A DNA stretch of 63,785 nucleotides, counting the filler, from Basidiobolus ranarum (taxonomy: Eukaryota), in NCBI GenBank assembly GCA_040143965.1. It is 11 parts of 11 records of this genome, joined end to end, with 100 filler letters (N's around TTAATTAATTAA, not from the genome) between each part and the next. Parts side by side here need not be neighbours in the genome. Positions count along the whole stretch, not along the records: positions 34,919 to 40,617 come from JASJQH010001521.1; positions 40,718 to 46,413 come from JASJQH010001522.1; positions 46,514 to 52,207 come from JASJQH010001523.1; positions 52,308 to 57,998 come from JASJQH010001524.1; 7 more parts are not named here. One strand, written 5' to 3'. Below, piece after piece: positions 38,095-53,096 of the stretch. Below the pieces are notes generated by a model that was not told the DNA's origin, ran no database searches, and worked only from the letters and a program-made list of their open reading frames with translations. The translations under genes were made by a program, and so were the position numbers. Every line of letters begins with the position of its first letter. Position 1 is the stretch's first letter.

Positions 38095-39500
38095 CTAGGC
38101 TGCTAGCTTCTTGGAAAGTAGCTTACAGAGATCAAAACCATTGAGATTTTTGTGGGTAGTGATCTGGAAGCAGGTGGCACTGCCTTGGCGAGAAATGATG
38201 GTTGACCAAGCAAGAAATATTTCCCACATGCGGAACCAACGCTTTCCATATTTTGAGGTGATTATCTTATTCAACCAATTTCTACACCAGCGTTCAACGG
38301 TTGCAGATTGATGAACCCCAATGGTGTCAACATTCTTAATCTCAAATCCAGCCATCTATAACTGTCTAATTACCAATACAATGGACAGGAGGCATTGGCA
38401 CCGGGGAAGACATGCTTAGTCATGAACAAACCCTAAATGAAATCTTCATACTGCCAAGTGGTACGAAGTCCAGCAATCTGCATGAAGAAAATACCATCAT
38501 CTTATAAAATATCTTTAGCCTCCAATAGAAATTCTTGGAAACGACAAATACCAACATGTTCCGCTATCTCCAAGCAGGTGAATACGTGCGGTTTCCGAGA
38601 TTCCATACTCTGACAGCGTTTACTTCCGAATTGCTTTTGATTCTTTGCGAGGGTGGTTCCAGTGGAATCACTACGATAATTTTTGGCTGCAGTTAAGGTG
38701 CCCCAACCACAGCCAATATCCAGATGACGATCTCCTTGTTTTAACTGAACCTTTTCACAGACCAATCTCATCTTATTTTCTTGAAGTTGCTCAAGAGTCT
38801 CTCTAGCGTCAGAGTGTCTGATAATTCCCGAAGTATATGTCATAGTGGAGCCTAAGAACGACTTGTAGAAGTCATTGCCACGATCATAATGATCACGTAC
38901 TTGTTCTTAATCTTGACTCTTTGAGTGCCAAATCAATCCGGGTATCCACTGAAAGAAGAATAATTTCACTTGACCAGGTTGCAAGTTAAATGAAGCCTAG
39001 TCATAACGATGTTCCAACACCTCTATGCATCACCTTTCAAATCAATGTTACCATCGAAATAAGAATGTTTTCACGGGGACTTTGTTCCTTCCGCTGTAGT
39101 GAGAAAGGTTGTAACTTTTGATAGTAAGGTATTCTTTGAGATTTCGTTGGGGTAACTTAATAGTATTTCTCCGTGGTACTGAGATACATGACCCCAAATA
39201 AATTGAGCAGCCGAGGATAGGTAGGGCTAGGATAATAGTAAGTCCTATTAGACTCAGAAATGCCAAGGCCAAAGAAATATACGAGGGAAGTGGGAATTCC
39301 AATGACGGCGGTAAGCAAATATTTGCTGGAAAAGGTTTGGTTGCCAGCGCCTTCAGCAGGATACATGGCCTTAGCCACCGTCGGTCGTGATGACTCTTCA
39401 TTTGCTGACATCTATAATATTGAGTTAAAGGATATTATGGAGCACGTAGCATACAGCCGGAAACTTACCTTTGCGTTGAAAAAAGGAACAGCTGGTTAAC
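38095..39500 (-). pseudogene. Sphingolipid C9-methyltransferase (cyclopropane-synthase family) pseudogene
   Basis: PAEGAGNQTFS, HSKSQD*EQVRDHYDRGNDFY, MTYTSGII, LDIGCGWGTL, TCLEIAEHVG, LAWSTIISRQGSATCFQI; in-frame stop, frameshifts and deletions. Confidence 0.85.
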
Positions 39501-40717
39501 TTGCAACATTAATCCTTCAAGGATTTTATTCATCTGGTATTCAGGGGTTAGCTAAGTTCAATGCGGTTAGGAACTAATTTGTCACTATTGCTTAGGCACT
39601 GGAGGCGTTGTAGGGTACTTTACCGAGTTTTAATGCATTCAATAAAGCAAAGGCTAATTCAGCCACATCTTATGTATACAGGAAACAGTTCATCAATTCC
39701 AAATGGTGTAGGAGTAGTTCAACATTCTGAGTGTATCCAATGCTAATGTGTATAACACTGAGAATAGGTCTTTCATTTCTGTTGGACCCCTCAATCATTG
39801 TATCTATCTGTTATAAGTGAATCGTGGGGTATTATAGAGCAAAGATTTCACAATATTTCAGCTATGACATATAGGGGAAATGAGCCCATTACTTAGTTGG
39901 GCAAGTCAATGTGTTCAAACCGGTGATACGTAATTTGAATTGTGAGTACAAATAAATGTGTTAAGAAGTTTCTCAAAACTTACCAAAGTTACGTTATCGT
40001 ACAAGACCAGATACTGCTTATCTCTAAGGCTTGTATCCTAGTACTAACTAATTTTGAATGAGAGCATGTGAAAGACAAGGGTGTTAGGATAAGCATCAAG
40101 TAAGTCTTTGCTACTTTGTCAATAATATCTGAGTCTAGTCTAGCCTAGTCAACGATGATGGTACATCTCTCAATAGTGTACATGCTGATAATAGAATTAT
40201 CATCTACATAAGCCTGGAATCCGTTAGATAAGCCACAATAATTAGCTTCCGTATCTATAATAATACTATTATTATTCAATTCTTTAGTCTAGTATATCAA
40301 TCATTATCTTTTCGCAACTTATTCGAGTTATTTGCAAAATCGGTGCTAGATTCAAATTATCCAGGAAGTAACTGTCTTTAGATTAATCAAAACCTCTTCA
40401 ACTTTGTTACCACTTGCGGGATTCTATCTGTCAGGAATAAGGAGTTAATGAGAGTGCATGGCAATACCATACCAGCAGTGATGACTCAATATTTTCCCAC
40501 TATAATTTTGGCTTTATTCAAACTCAAATTTTAGCTGATAATCCACATTTGCATGCTCAAAGTGTGTGTATATATTTATATTTATATATATATATATGAT
40601 CTAGTACAGACAAGTGGNNNNNNNNNNNNNNNNNNNNNNNNNNNNNNNNNNNNNNNNNNNNTTAATTAATTAANNNNNNNNNNNNNNNNNNNNNNNNNNN
40701 NNNNNNNNNNNNNNNNN

Positions 40718-40794
40718 GCTTGGGCGACCAAAAGTTCGGTCTCATCAGCAGGAGCAGCACCAGTAGGCTTGACAATCTTGTTAGCGGCAGACAT
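40718..40794 (-). CDS. RPS7: 40S ribosomal protein eS7, first 25 codons (3'-truncated)
   Basis: MSAANKIVKPTGAAPADETELLVAQ resembles the eS7 N-terminus; high-expression codon usage; probable 5' UTR intron ending 2 nt before ATG. Confidence 0.7.
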
Positions 40795-41429
40795 GGCTAT
40801 TTGACTTCACAATAAAAGATATGGAGGTTAGAGAAATATTTAATTGTGTAGGATTTATAGACCATCCATCCATCCAAGCTATCTTTAATTTATTTATCAC
40901 ACTTACGCTTATCTTGCACAGGGCAAAAAAATCTACTCTCGGGAAAGGGGGAAACCTTAGTTTGCATCGTTCTTAGTTTTATCACAGGCCCCCGAGTCCT
41001 ATTTGTCCATTCTCAATTTCCCTCCGCTGGCATTTTTTTCTTGATTCATCACGTGATAATATGATACAATACATGCATTTTTCCTGGGTAAAATTCCTCA
41101 GGTCTGGGGAAATTTTTATAGGAATTATGACTGGTATGAAGCAAGTAATTTATTAGCTATCAATCCACTATGAACTTGATCGAATATGAAGGTTGATTGA
41201 ATTCAAACTAGATTTATTTATCAAATAATTGAAGGTTTAATAGATCGTAAGTATTAGGCTGTACTCATATGATTTTCAAAGACATCGTATTTCTTGTAAG
41301 AGCCATCACTCTACCAAATGTGAAGCTGCTTCACCAGAAAGTAAAGGAATAGTCAAAATATTCAGATTGCGTTGTCTTAAACATATCTTTAAGCGAAAAT
41401 ATATTAAATAGAACATCATAAAGGTGCGC

Positions 41430-43070
<1,641 letters not shown>

Positions 43071-46000
43071 GCTTTAGAAGTTTGTGTAGTGTCCTCTATG
43101 ATTTTAACTAATTATAGTGCGCTGTTCTTCTAATCTATGATGATTGGTCAAGATCTAATATTAGGTAAATCTTTAGACCATTGCCTAAAATCAGGTCAAC
43201 ACATGTTGAAATTCTCTTCACAGAGTAACTGAATTTCCCTTGTCAATTGGTCACCTCAAATGCCAATAACCACTTGTTGGATTGAAGTGTGTATAACACG
43301 ATTAAATTAAGGGCTAGCCGACAACTATAATTATAGATCATTCAAATACGAATGTGTTCCTGTACTACATAAAAACTCTAATTGACTTTCCTGGGTGAAG
43401 TTATTACTATTTTCAAATACAGTCCAAATCGATTTTGTATGATGTCTAAATTTCTTCTCTTAGATTATGATAAGAAAGGGAGTAGTATAATGGACCCAGG
43501 TTGGTGTCTACCAATTAATCGAAAATTTCCAATTCCAAGTGGGTTCTTGTAATGCTCTAGCGTGTTAGGCGATGATAGCAATTTCGAGAGTCTTAAATGA
43601 CAATCCGGAATACTAGTGTTTGGTATTCACTGAATCCTTGTGAGCACTGTGGCTTTCAGCAAGTTATAGTTGGATTTGCCACTCTTAAGCATTAGTAAAT
43701 GTGGCTGCAATCATTCTATGTACATCTTGTAAATGTCTCTTTTAGCCCTAGGTCTAGTTTTAATTCATTTTAATCGGCCATTTTACAAAATGTAATTTAA
43801 ATCAATTGAGCTGTGGTCATAGTGAAAGAAGCTAAGTGCATTACGAATTTTGTGCCTGGTTTAATATGGATAACATCAAACCTTGTGCGGAAAATAAGAT
43901 TGAAGATCAACAAGAAATCATTCGTCCTTTTTTAGAATTCACAATGCTAGTAAAATTTCTTGTTTATTTGAAGATCTGATATCATCTTGGTAACGATCGA
44001 CAGCACTTCAATCACATTTAGCCATCTGTACCCAATTACAGAGATGGATCATTGGTTTCAAATTGGAAAGATCCTCCAATTAAAAAGCTGTGCTACACCA
44101 TCTATTTATAGAATATTATGGTACAAATCAGGTATAGTAAGCCAGTTAGTAGCCAACAACTGATCGCTTGAAATATACATCCTGATGCCACTGAAGTTGG
44201 AGAAAGAGTGGATTCTCTGTATCAAGAGTTGAGCCAGCCCATATGAAACAAGTTTGGTAATGCCAAAATTTTTTATGACAAAAGTGATATAGAGGATTAT
44301 ATAAAACAATGTAATAGAGTATTTGAGCTCACTTGCAAAACGCCTTATGAGTACGCTTTAATTTAAATTTATAATAAGCCTAAACGAAGTGGAGCATAGC
44401 AGATCAGGTTATAGAATAGATTAATTGAGAAGTTCAAATGTGACATTAACACTCCTCCCCATTTCAATATTAACTTTCAAAATCTACAAGGATATGAGCA
44501 AGAAGCTCTATGAATAGTAGGAAAATCAAGAAAGTACCTCAAATATGAATCGCACCAGAATTCTCGTAATCATGAAATAGATATAGCTGGGAAGACATAG
44601 CTTCAGGAAAAGTATCAATTAATCAGAGACTAAATTGTTTTGATCCTTCAGGACTTGTGCTAATTTGGGATCGAATGCTTCTTCATTTCCATAGTAAATC
44701 TGCAATGAATCGATTTGTACAGCAATTGAGTCTAAAGAAGGCCTTAGAGTACGATAGACATAGATGAAACACTGCCATGAGCATTGTATAATATATCTTC
44801 TTGGTTTAGTGTATCTCGATAGTCTGAATAGTGATTGATTTTGAGATGTGAGATACATCTGATAACACAACAGAACAAAAACCACATGTGTTAATGAGAT
44901 GAGATTTTAAAAACCTGCTCTGTAATTATCAAAACTGATAATAATATAACTCATATCCGTTCGAGAAAGGCTGTGTGATGAAATGAACTTCAAGAGTCAC
45001 ATTCATGCTGCCAGAGTCAATCCTTAATGTGCCGCTACTCTTCAAAGAACGTGAACCAAATGTTTAACATTCTATTTAAATCCCATGCGATACATTTATA
45101 GCCAATATGGTTAGATGGCCATACTGTTGTGGAAGTGAAGTGTCGGCACAGATATACTCCAAAGCTACAGAATAATGATTGATGGTTGACTGTAGCATGA
45201 TAATTACGGTTCTGAGAACAGGTAGAGAAGATTCATATCATCTCGCTATCCTCTGATTTCTTTGTGACCCGTATAGCTTCAGAGTAAAATGCGCTGCTGT
45301 CATAACGAGTCTCGTACTATTCCAGCTGTATCTTTAATAGTTTGCTGCGCTCTGATATGCATTGTAAGACTTGATGCGGATCCATATACCACATCGGCGT
45401 GCTTAAGTTTCTCCCTAGTAGCTTAAATGGATGCAAATTCTAAGCGTAACAATTTAGATCTCTCAAGACTAGCTTGGTCAAACAGTTTAACATATCTATT
45501 ACACGCTGGGTGCATGATAGATCAACCGATCAGCTGAATCCAGGATGATCAAATAGCCAAATTATTTGGGTTTGTGTTCCTTATTCGGCGATGAATGCAA
45601 TGCTTGGTATCTTATTTAGATACCGGCATGCAGAAGAGTTTCAGACATAGTATTCCCAACTAAATGTTAAGGAGCACTCGGTCACGTCATATCATCCTCC
45701 TGTCGTCCCTCTCACTCGATGGCTATTGTTGTGGCTAAAGTTATTTCTGAGTCGATTGGATCTGTACAAGCCAAAGAGGTGCAAAAACCAACCAAATATC
45801 AGTTGACTCACTTCATAACATCAGCGCTGTGTCGATATGATGTAAGCTAGGCCACGTGAGGTTTAATTAGAGAAAACGATGAATGGAATCTCGCTCGTCA
45901 GATGGGTGAATACTTAGCCACTCTCCATACATGCAATACAAGCATAGTGCTCATCTTCGAAGATTGAGCTAGCCTATCAAATGCAATGTCTTAATGGATA

Positions 46001-46289
46001 CGATAAAAATACCTCTAGGTACTTGTGCACAGCCAATTGTCGGCATTGCTCTGAATGAGATTGCTCCTTCTTCGACCTACATTACGTAATTTAGCTATAG
46101 CACTGTGACTGCGTTAGATCGATATTGTCATACCAAGCTGACATCGACGCATCGTCGAATCTGGGCGACAGTATATGCTATACAAAAGAGAAATTCAACA
46201 TCCGCTTGGTGGCAATGGTTCTCTGTATGTCAGATCCACCTTTGCTCACAAGGATCTGATGTTCTTCAAGAGGATCCATTTTTAAGTAC

Positions 46290-46413
46290 GTGGTAAGAAG
46301 CAGGCAAGCAACAGTTGCCAATCAACTGTAGTAAAAGTGTAAGAAAACCAATAAACACTTGGTTGCTAAGATTGGATTGAACTCTCCACTCCTCAATAAT
46401 CAAAGCTGCTTCC
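46290..46413 (-). mobile_element. Fragment of the repeat also present at 60352-60480 (EnSpm-associated)
   Basis: GAAGCAGCT-TGATTA-TGAGGAGT-GAGA...AATCTTAGCAACCA shared between contigs 8 and 11. Confidence 0.65.
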
Positions 46414-46513
46414 NNNNNNNNNNNNNNNNNNNNNNNNNNNNNNNNNNNNNNNNNNNNTTAATTAATTAANNNNNNNNNNNNNNNNNNNNNNNNNNNNNNN
46501 NNNNNNNNNNNNN

Positions 46514-46862
46514 CCTGTTGCTCCTTTTCTAAAGCTTCAAATTGCTCTCGCCTTTGTATAACTTCTTGAATGCTTACTCTAGTGATACAATTCTCTTTAC
46601 AACATTTCCCCGTAGAATAAAACTTACGAACGGCTTTTTCTGCGTCTGACGTAACATAATCACCTATATCAGTAACTTCTGAATTGGTTTCCTTAGGAAC
46701 AACAGATGCTTCACTTAGTTGCTCTATTTCCTGGTCTGATATGAGTCCCAATGCCTTTTCTTGATTAAAAGGTACGGGAAAATCCATTGAAAGTGGAAGT
46801 GGCTTTGTGGCTATGTGAGCTGCCACATCAGCATCGTTTACTCGAGTTGCCCCTTTAGACAT
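46514..46862 (-). CDS. Hypothetical protein N-terminus (3'-truncated) with Cys cluster, possibly transposase-derived
   Basis: 116 open codons to the contig end; GKCCKENC...RREQFEAL. Confidence 0.45.
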
Positions 46863-47596
46863 AAAGAAAAGTTAAAGTACGATATAAGCCTGAAATTTAC
46901 TTTCCCAATTATAAATTGAAAAAAATCGGATGATTAATAAATGGTTGATTTGAATGGATTGTAATAATCATGAATCTGTATGATAGCAAGAAGATATTTA
47001 ACTTTGTCAAGCTTTACAACTTCCGAAATACCCACGAATTCGAAGGGATAGAGAAGTCCAATGTTGAATGAATATATGTTTTGCTTTTTAAACCATCAGA
47101 GTAAAAGCACCGTATTATTGGCTATGATGTTATTAAAAGGTAAATAGTTGTGCTGCAAATAGAATTGCTAGAAGTCCGGCCCAAGCGCATTCATTCTTGG
47201 GAGATTTAAATTGAAGGAGCCACAAATTCAATCTCGTTTAGCACGGGATCGCACCTGCTCCAAACGTGGATCATAAACACAGGAATTAATATAGTAACAG
47301 ACGTGGGAATTTATATTCACATCACAAGCTGCAAAGCGGTGGTAAAGGGGCGGTGATATGATTTAACTTTAGATCTCAACGATAAAGGATATAAATTGAA
47401 ATGTTGATTAAATGCATAACTCTACAACCTCAACCCTATAACAATGTCAATTGACTGGAGAAATTAAGCATTTTATTTATATACAGCTTGATTTTCAAAA
47501 TCCACCATTATATAAGTAAATGGTAGATCTCTTATGGTATAGATCTCCTCAGGTCAGGTATGGCAATATTAGGTCCTTCAGATACTTCTGGTCTTT

Positions 47597-48014
47597 TTAC
47601 ATCAAGTGAATGGACCCGTTACTGACGACGGAGGTGGTAAATACAATATTAGTGGAGGTGGAATATCCCTCACGATATCCTGTACGTGCTGCAAAAGCCT
47701 TTCCAGAGTCCTGTTTCGTTTTCGTACCAGTAATCTTTGTTTGCTTAGCATTCTACGTATAAATAATGTTAAACTATGCTACAAACAAGAACCAGATGGT
47801 CAAAGGTTACCTCTTTTTTCGAAGTGGTAGGGGAAAAGGTGTTATTGTCATAGTGTTTGCGTTTCGTAGTCATCTCAGGGGTTGGATGTGAACTTGCTAA
47901 TATGTCGGAAAGAAATAAATTAGAAGGTATGTCTTTTAGCTTGAATTGGAACAACATAATAGCGGTAAGAAAAGCATTACCATTATCAGAAGAATTAGAG
48001 TGTTCGTAATTCAT
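47597..48014 (-). CDS. Possible small two-exon hypothetical gene
   Basis: ORF from 48014; GTAACC donor after SKKE and AG acceptor near 47753 give a continuous frame; no family recognised. Confidence 0.25.
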
Positions 48015-49828
48015 TTCGATACAGTGTGAAGAGTATTAAGAAGATTGGGAATCTGAAAGTGTAGTTGAGGTGGAAATACGCGAAATAACAATAAAGACGT
48101 CTTGTAGGGTAGATCAAAGTGATAACGGTGATTTAGCACTTGATTAAAATTATAGGCTGGAAAATTTTACTAAGGGTATTTATATTTTTCATCTGCCTAT
48201 AATGATCCACTGACTGGCCTGGGAAATGTTCGAGGCGCGGGGAAAACGCTGGCTCCTATACGAAAATTTATATTGATCAATAATTTGGGCCAATCATTCA
48301 ACTCAAACCATGGCTGATCCTAATTGAAAGAGTATGCGAAATAGCACAAAGAAGTGTACTATATGTTAATGAATCTACACCGTACATACTACACACTCAA
48401 TGAAAGGCTGTTGGTGTCTACTTCTCTTGATAAATGGGGCGTTTCTTCTCCTAACGTCACTATCAGGCTGATCCCAGCATATGGATCTTCTTGGTTCATA
48501 CTCTGAAGGCTAGGCAAACCCAAACCATAAAGCGGAACAACAAATTCTGAAAGATCGTCCTTGACTACCAATTATGGGATATCACATATTAGATGATTCG
48601 GTCTGTACCTAGGATGACTCATCATCTTCTATTGGCTCAATATTAGTTTCTAGTGTATCTATTTTACAGAAAATTCAACAAATACAGTTTCAAGTAGTTA
48701 AAGCAGGTTGTTGACTACGGGTATGTTATCAATCACCATCTTTAAACCACCTAGCTTCGGTAGCGTCATTTCACCAATACCGATAAATTCTACATCCATT
48801 AACTTTCGCTCTATTTCGCTCTATGGTGTTCTATGATGTTCTGTAGAAATGGCCAACTCTTTCGTAGCGTGGGAAAGTCGCAGTTTGAAGTGAGTATCAA
48901 AGATCTAGCATCTTGCTCACTGTTGGTGGCGTGAGATGGATTGCGAGGGTGAGAAAATCAATGATCTATTGTCTTGTGTCTTACAGTGTAGAAAATGGCA
49001 CGTTATCATGGCTACATATACTGGATTTGTGCATAAAGAATAGTACTAGAGTTGGCCACTCTCTGTTACTTATCTCCTCGAAATGGAACGGGTGCTAATT
49101 TCCGAGCTGAAGAAGAATTATCAGATTCCCTTGTAGCGATTATCCATCATTTTCTGAATTAACGAAGCTTCTCTTTTGACAGTGGTTATTGATCAAATAC
49201 GGCTTCTATTGTGACTGTGACTAGCGATGAGCTAGTGATGAGGAATCGCTCTCCTCGGTAACCTAATATATAGACCAAATCAAGGGTAGCTTTTTTCCAC
49301 GATGTTCCCATCCAAGATAGCACATAGTAGTGCATCTGTTTTTAAAATCCGTTAGGGTAAAAGTCTTCAAAAATCTCCGATCATCTCATGTTCCCCCACA
49401 GATCAAAGCCATTCTGCTCAACAAGGGGTACCAACATGTGGATGAAGAGTCTGTCCTTGAGTGGTCTGAAGAGTGTAAACTAGTGTGGTGCATTTATGTA
49501 TTTTAATTCCAAATAATACAACAAAATATCTTATTACGATGAGGCGGACTAAATGAATATTTATTTGATTTGAAGGGCTTTCTAGCACTCTAACTTCAAA
49601 GGTGCATCGCAAGTTCAAGTATTAATACTGTACGAAAAATGTATCCGAGGCAACTATTATTACTGCCCTTTGGAAGCTCAACCCCTGAATCGAAAATCTT
49701 GCCCTTTCGTTCATTTAAGCGATCTCTGTGGAACTCAATGGATGTTTTTTGCAGTTACAATCATTCTCATATTTAGGTTTCCTTAGACTATTCTTGCACG
49801 TTACGAAGAATAGCGAGCTTTCGATTCA

Positions 49829-51453
49829 ATGTTGTTGTTTTTTCTCTGTTTTTTGACGTTTGTGGCTTTCACATTCAGTAAACCTATAGATCATACAAGC
49901 CAAGACACACGTTTTAGTGAGAATACTGCATATCTACCAAATACCATGAGCATTGAGTTCTCTACGCTCCATCTTTCCACCCTTAGCGACATTCCACATC
50001 CATCTTCCGCTATAGAACGCACTTTCTCCGCTTATACGACGCCTGAGAACACTATCTTGTCTCGTCTTACTTGGTCTATAACTCGAATGATTAAAGTGAA
50101 TCCAACGAATAAAGTCGTGGAACCAATGGAAAGAGATGCTTCAATGAGAAATCAGGACTACATATATACGCCACATAGAACAGATGTAGAAGAGGAAGTA
50201 TTCCTACCGATCTTGAATACAGAAAAGATTCATATTCTAGAGTCTAGAATTTCAGTAGATTCGACGAAAATTCAATACGAAGAGAATCTTACTTCCGTAC
50301 TATGCACTAAATTGAACGATATGAAGGTGCCACATGTATCTATTAATACTCCAGGATATCATTATAGGAGAGATGTTGACGAGACTGGATTTACAAGAAA
50401 CGAACAAGGAAATTCCAACTCAGAGAGATTAGAACCCCGTCTATCTCCACCCACCCCAACCTCTAGTAAAGCAGGTATACATTGTGTTTAAAGTAAGGTA
50501 TATAGTCTTGGTAACTAACTAAACTGAATTATACTAGGAGTAAGAAGCGAATTTGTGGCCAGCTTGACCTCCCCAAAAGTCGAATCAACTTTACAAACTC
50601 GACCTGGAGTTTCTTCCACTGGGCCTCAAGCAACTGAAGGATATCCTATCATATACACAACAACACAACTAGAAGCGCAGTCAAGCTTAGTGTCATTCTA
50701 TCGATCTCGAGAAGCAGCACGTGAAAACCTTATGGATATACTAATTGGGTCTTTAATTGGTATATCAGCAGCATTCTTTATTACACTCTCACTTTTGATA
50801 TATCTAAGTATTTGGATGTGGCGAAAAAGTCAGCAGAGCTTGAGCCAGGTAAATATTGAATACACCCAACACGAACTTCCAAATATTAAAAATACTTTCC
50901 TACGAAATTGATGACATAGCAGGATTCATATCTCAACTTCTTCCGTACCGACCCTAGAATGTTTATGGACACTAGTCCTTCCATCAACAAGTCTGTAACA
51001 ACCGAAGATCCTTACTACAATCAGACGGTATACAGTGAAACGGGGATGGAAGATTTAGAGCAACGGGAGGTTGGTTCTGTGAACAATCGGGGGATAAAAT
51101 ACAATAGTTCATCAAATGAAGCTATATCACGGCCACCGAGTTCCTTTATTCGCTCAACTTCATGGTTCATGCACAGATTATCCCCCACTTCTATGCCACA
51201 TGTGGCCTTTGTCTCTCCAAGAAGAGAGCCTTTGATAAGTTCAGCATTAAGAGTATCAACTGCTTCCCGAAGGCCCTCGGAAGCTTCAGGATCTTTTATT
51301 TTTGATCCAGCTAATGGCACAATATATGGTACCCCGATTCCTCCACCTGCCCCTTGGACCAGGTCACACTCCCAAAGTATTGAAATTCTACCAGCAAATC
51401 CGAATCTGCTAAATTCACTTTCGGAAAGAGGGATCAAATCATCATGTTTTTAA
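49829..51453 (+). CDS. Orphan type I membrane protein (signal peptide, S/T-rich ectodomain, single TM, S/P-rich tail), 3 exons
   Basis: Three ORFs join in frame through GT-AG introns at ~50475-50537 and ~50849-50919; TM ILIGSLIGISAAFFITLSLLIYLSIWMW followed by RK. Confidence 0.75.
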
Positions 51454-51810
51454 GGAGCGCACAGATGGTTGGAAACACCAGCATTCTCATGAATTTCCAT
51501 TCTGATCATGGACATAGATCTAGTCAATCGCTACATAGAAAGCCGTAGTTGTTGCAAGTCCAACAAGATCTCTTGTATATAATTATTTATTTGAGGACGA
51601 TAATGATGTTTCGATCGGTTGGTATAAATCCTTTGTGCAGCCTGTGTGGTCATTGATTTACTTTCCGAGTTCCAAATTATATCAGTTACATCCTAAAACC
51701 CTAATCTGTTTGTAAATTAGAATAAATCTTTCTATGGCACTAGATTTATTAGGTGCAATGTTAAATAATGGAATTTTATTGTAAATGATAATTGAGAACA
51801 TGGCTCATAC

Positions 51811-52207
51811 TTAGAACTTGAATGAATCAGCATAAGGAAGGGTGTGGCTATTTCCGAGAGTAACCAAGGTAGGCTTGGAGGCAAGTGCCTTCTTAGCAAT
51901 TTCAGAGACCTCTTTGGCACTGACTTCATCGAGTTTGGCAAGAACATCAAAGATCTGGGATGGTTCCTTACCATACAACTGTTGTTCGCCAACAATTTGG
52001 CCACGGCCAAGGCGGGTATCAACAAGCTGAGCAGCTTCAAATTTAGCGTTGGCGATAGCGCGTTTCAATTCTTCATCGGAAACACCAGCAGCGGCTTTGC
52101 TGATTTGGTCAATGGCTACCTGAGTGATAGATTGAACTTGCTCAGATGGGGCGTTTACGTAGCCACCAAAAAGCCCAGCATCAGAGTAACCAGTGTTAAA
52201 GGTGGAA
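51811..52207 (-). CDS. QCR2: Cytochrome bc1 core protein 2 (peptidase M16 family), C-terminus
   Basis: FNTGYSDAGLFG, EELKRAIANAKF, KPTLVTLGNSHTLPYAD. Confidence 0.85.
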
Positions 52208-52307
52208 NNNNNNNNNNNNNNNNNNNNNNNNNNNNNNNNNNNNNNNNNNNNTTAATTAATTAANNNNNNNNNNNNNNNNNNNNNNNNNNNNNNNNNNNNN
52301 NNNNNNN

Positions 52308-53096
52308 AACACTGGAAAAGTTACGGCTAAACCGGCAGTCCTTGATGCAAGAATCATGAGAGATTATATGGCTGAGCCTAAACTCATGAGAGAGCACAAT
52401 CTGCTCACAATCGGAGAAGATCGCTATTTATGTACTTTGGTTATTCGCTATCTCAATGACATGAGGACTCGCTATATACCAGCTGCTGTTTGCACCACTA
52501 CCGTACCGGATACTCTCAGTGTTCTCTTATGCCAACGCAGAAGGTGGACCAATTCTCTAATTCATAACCATTTCGACCTATTCGTGAATCCTCCCCAATT
52601 CCCATCCTGGCGATTGAGATTTAGCTTTAAGTTGGTCATGATTTCAGAATTATGGTCTGCTGCCGCAATTCCTTTCTTCTTACCTTTTGGCTTCGTAATT
52701 GCAATTTATGGCTTCACTACTAGTGTTAGTTGGTTATCACTTTCATTCACTTTATTCTTATTTTGCCTCCCAGCATTGATTGCGCTTATGGCTGGTCGTC
52801 GTACCCAAGTTGGTTGGTGGTTTGTTTTCCTATTTGGCTTACCGTTGTGGGCTGTTGTTGTTCCACTATATAGTTTATGGAAAATGGATGACTTCAGTTG
52901 GGGAAGCACTCGACCAACAAATACCCCTGCTGGTGAAGGAGCTGGAGCACCTGAAAAAGAATTTGTAGCCGTCGAGATCCCTGAACCAACATTGCGAAGT
53001 GGTAACGGGTCAACATCGAACCTGAGTTTCTACACAACCTCTAGTGTAAGCTCATTGGACATATCTCCTGCACATTATCGCCATTCTGTCGCTTAA
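52308..53096 (+). CDS. CHS: Chitin synthase C-terminus (divergent, short tail), 5'-truncated
   Basis: NLLTIGEDRYLCTL, QRRRWTNS, TM helices, WKMDDFSWG. Confidence 0.88.
   Translation, partial: NTGKVTAKPAVLDARIMRDYMAEPKLMREHNLLTIGEDRYLCTLVIRYLNDMRTRYIPAAVCTTTVPDTLSVLLCQRRRWTNSLIHNHFDLFVNPPQFPSWRLRFSFKLVMISELWSAAAIPFFLPFGFVIAIYGFTTSVSWLSLSFTLFLFCLPALIALMAGRRTQVGWWFVFLFGLPLWAVVVPLYSLWKMDDFSWGSTRPTNTPAGEGAGAPEKEFVAVEIPEPTLRSGNGSTSNLSFYTTSSVSSLDISPAHYRHSVA

Noticed and set aside
43100..46280. Short ORFs upstream of the sirtuin
   Set aside because: Lengths expected by chance; no motifs or consistent splice pattern
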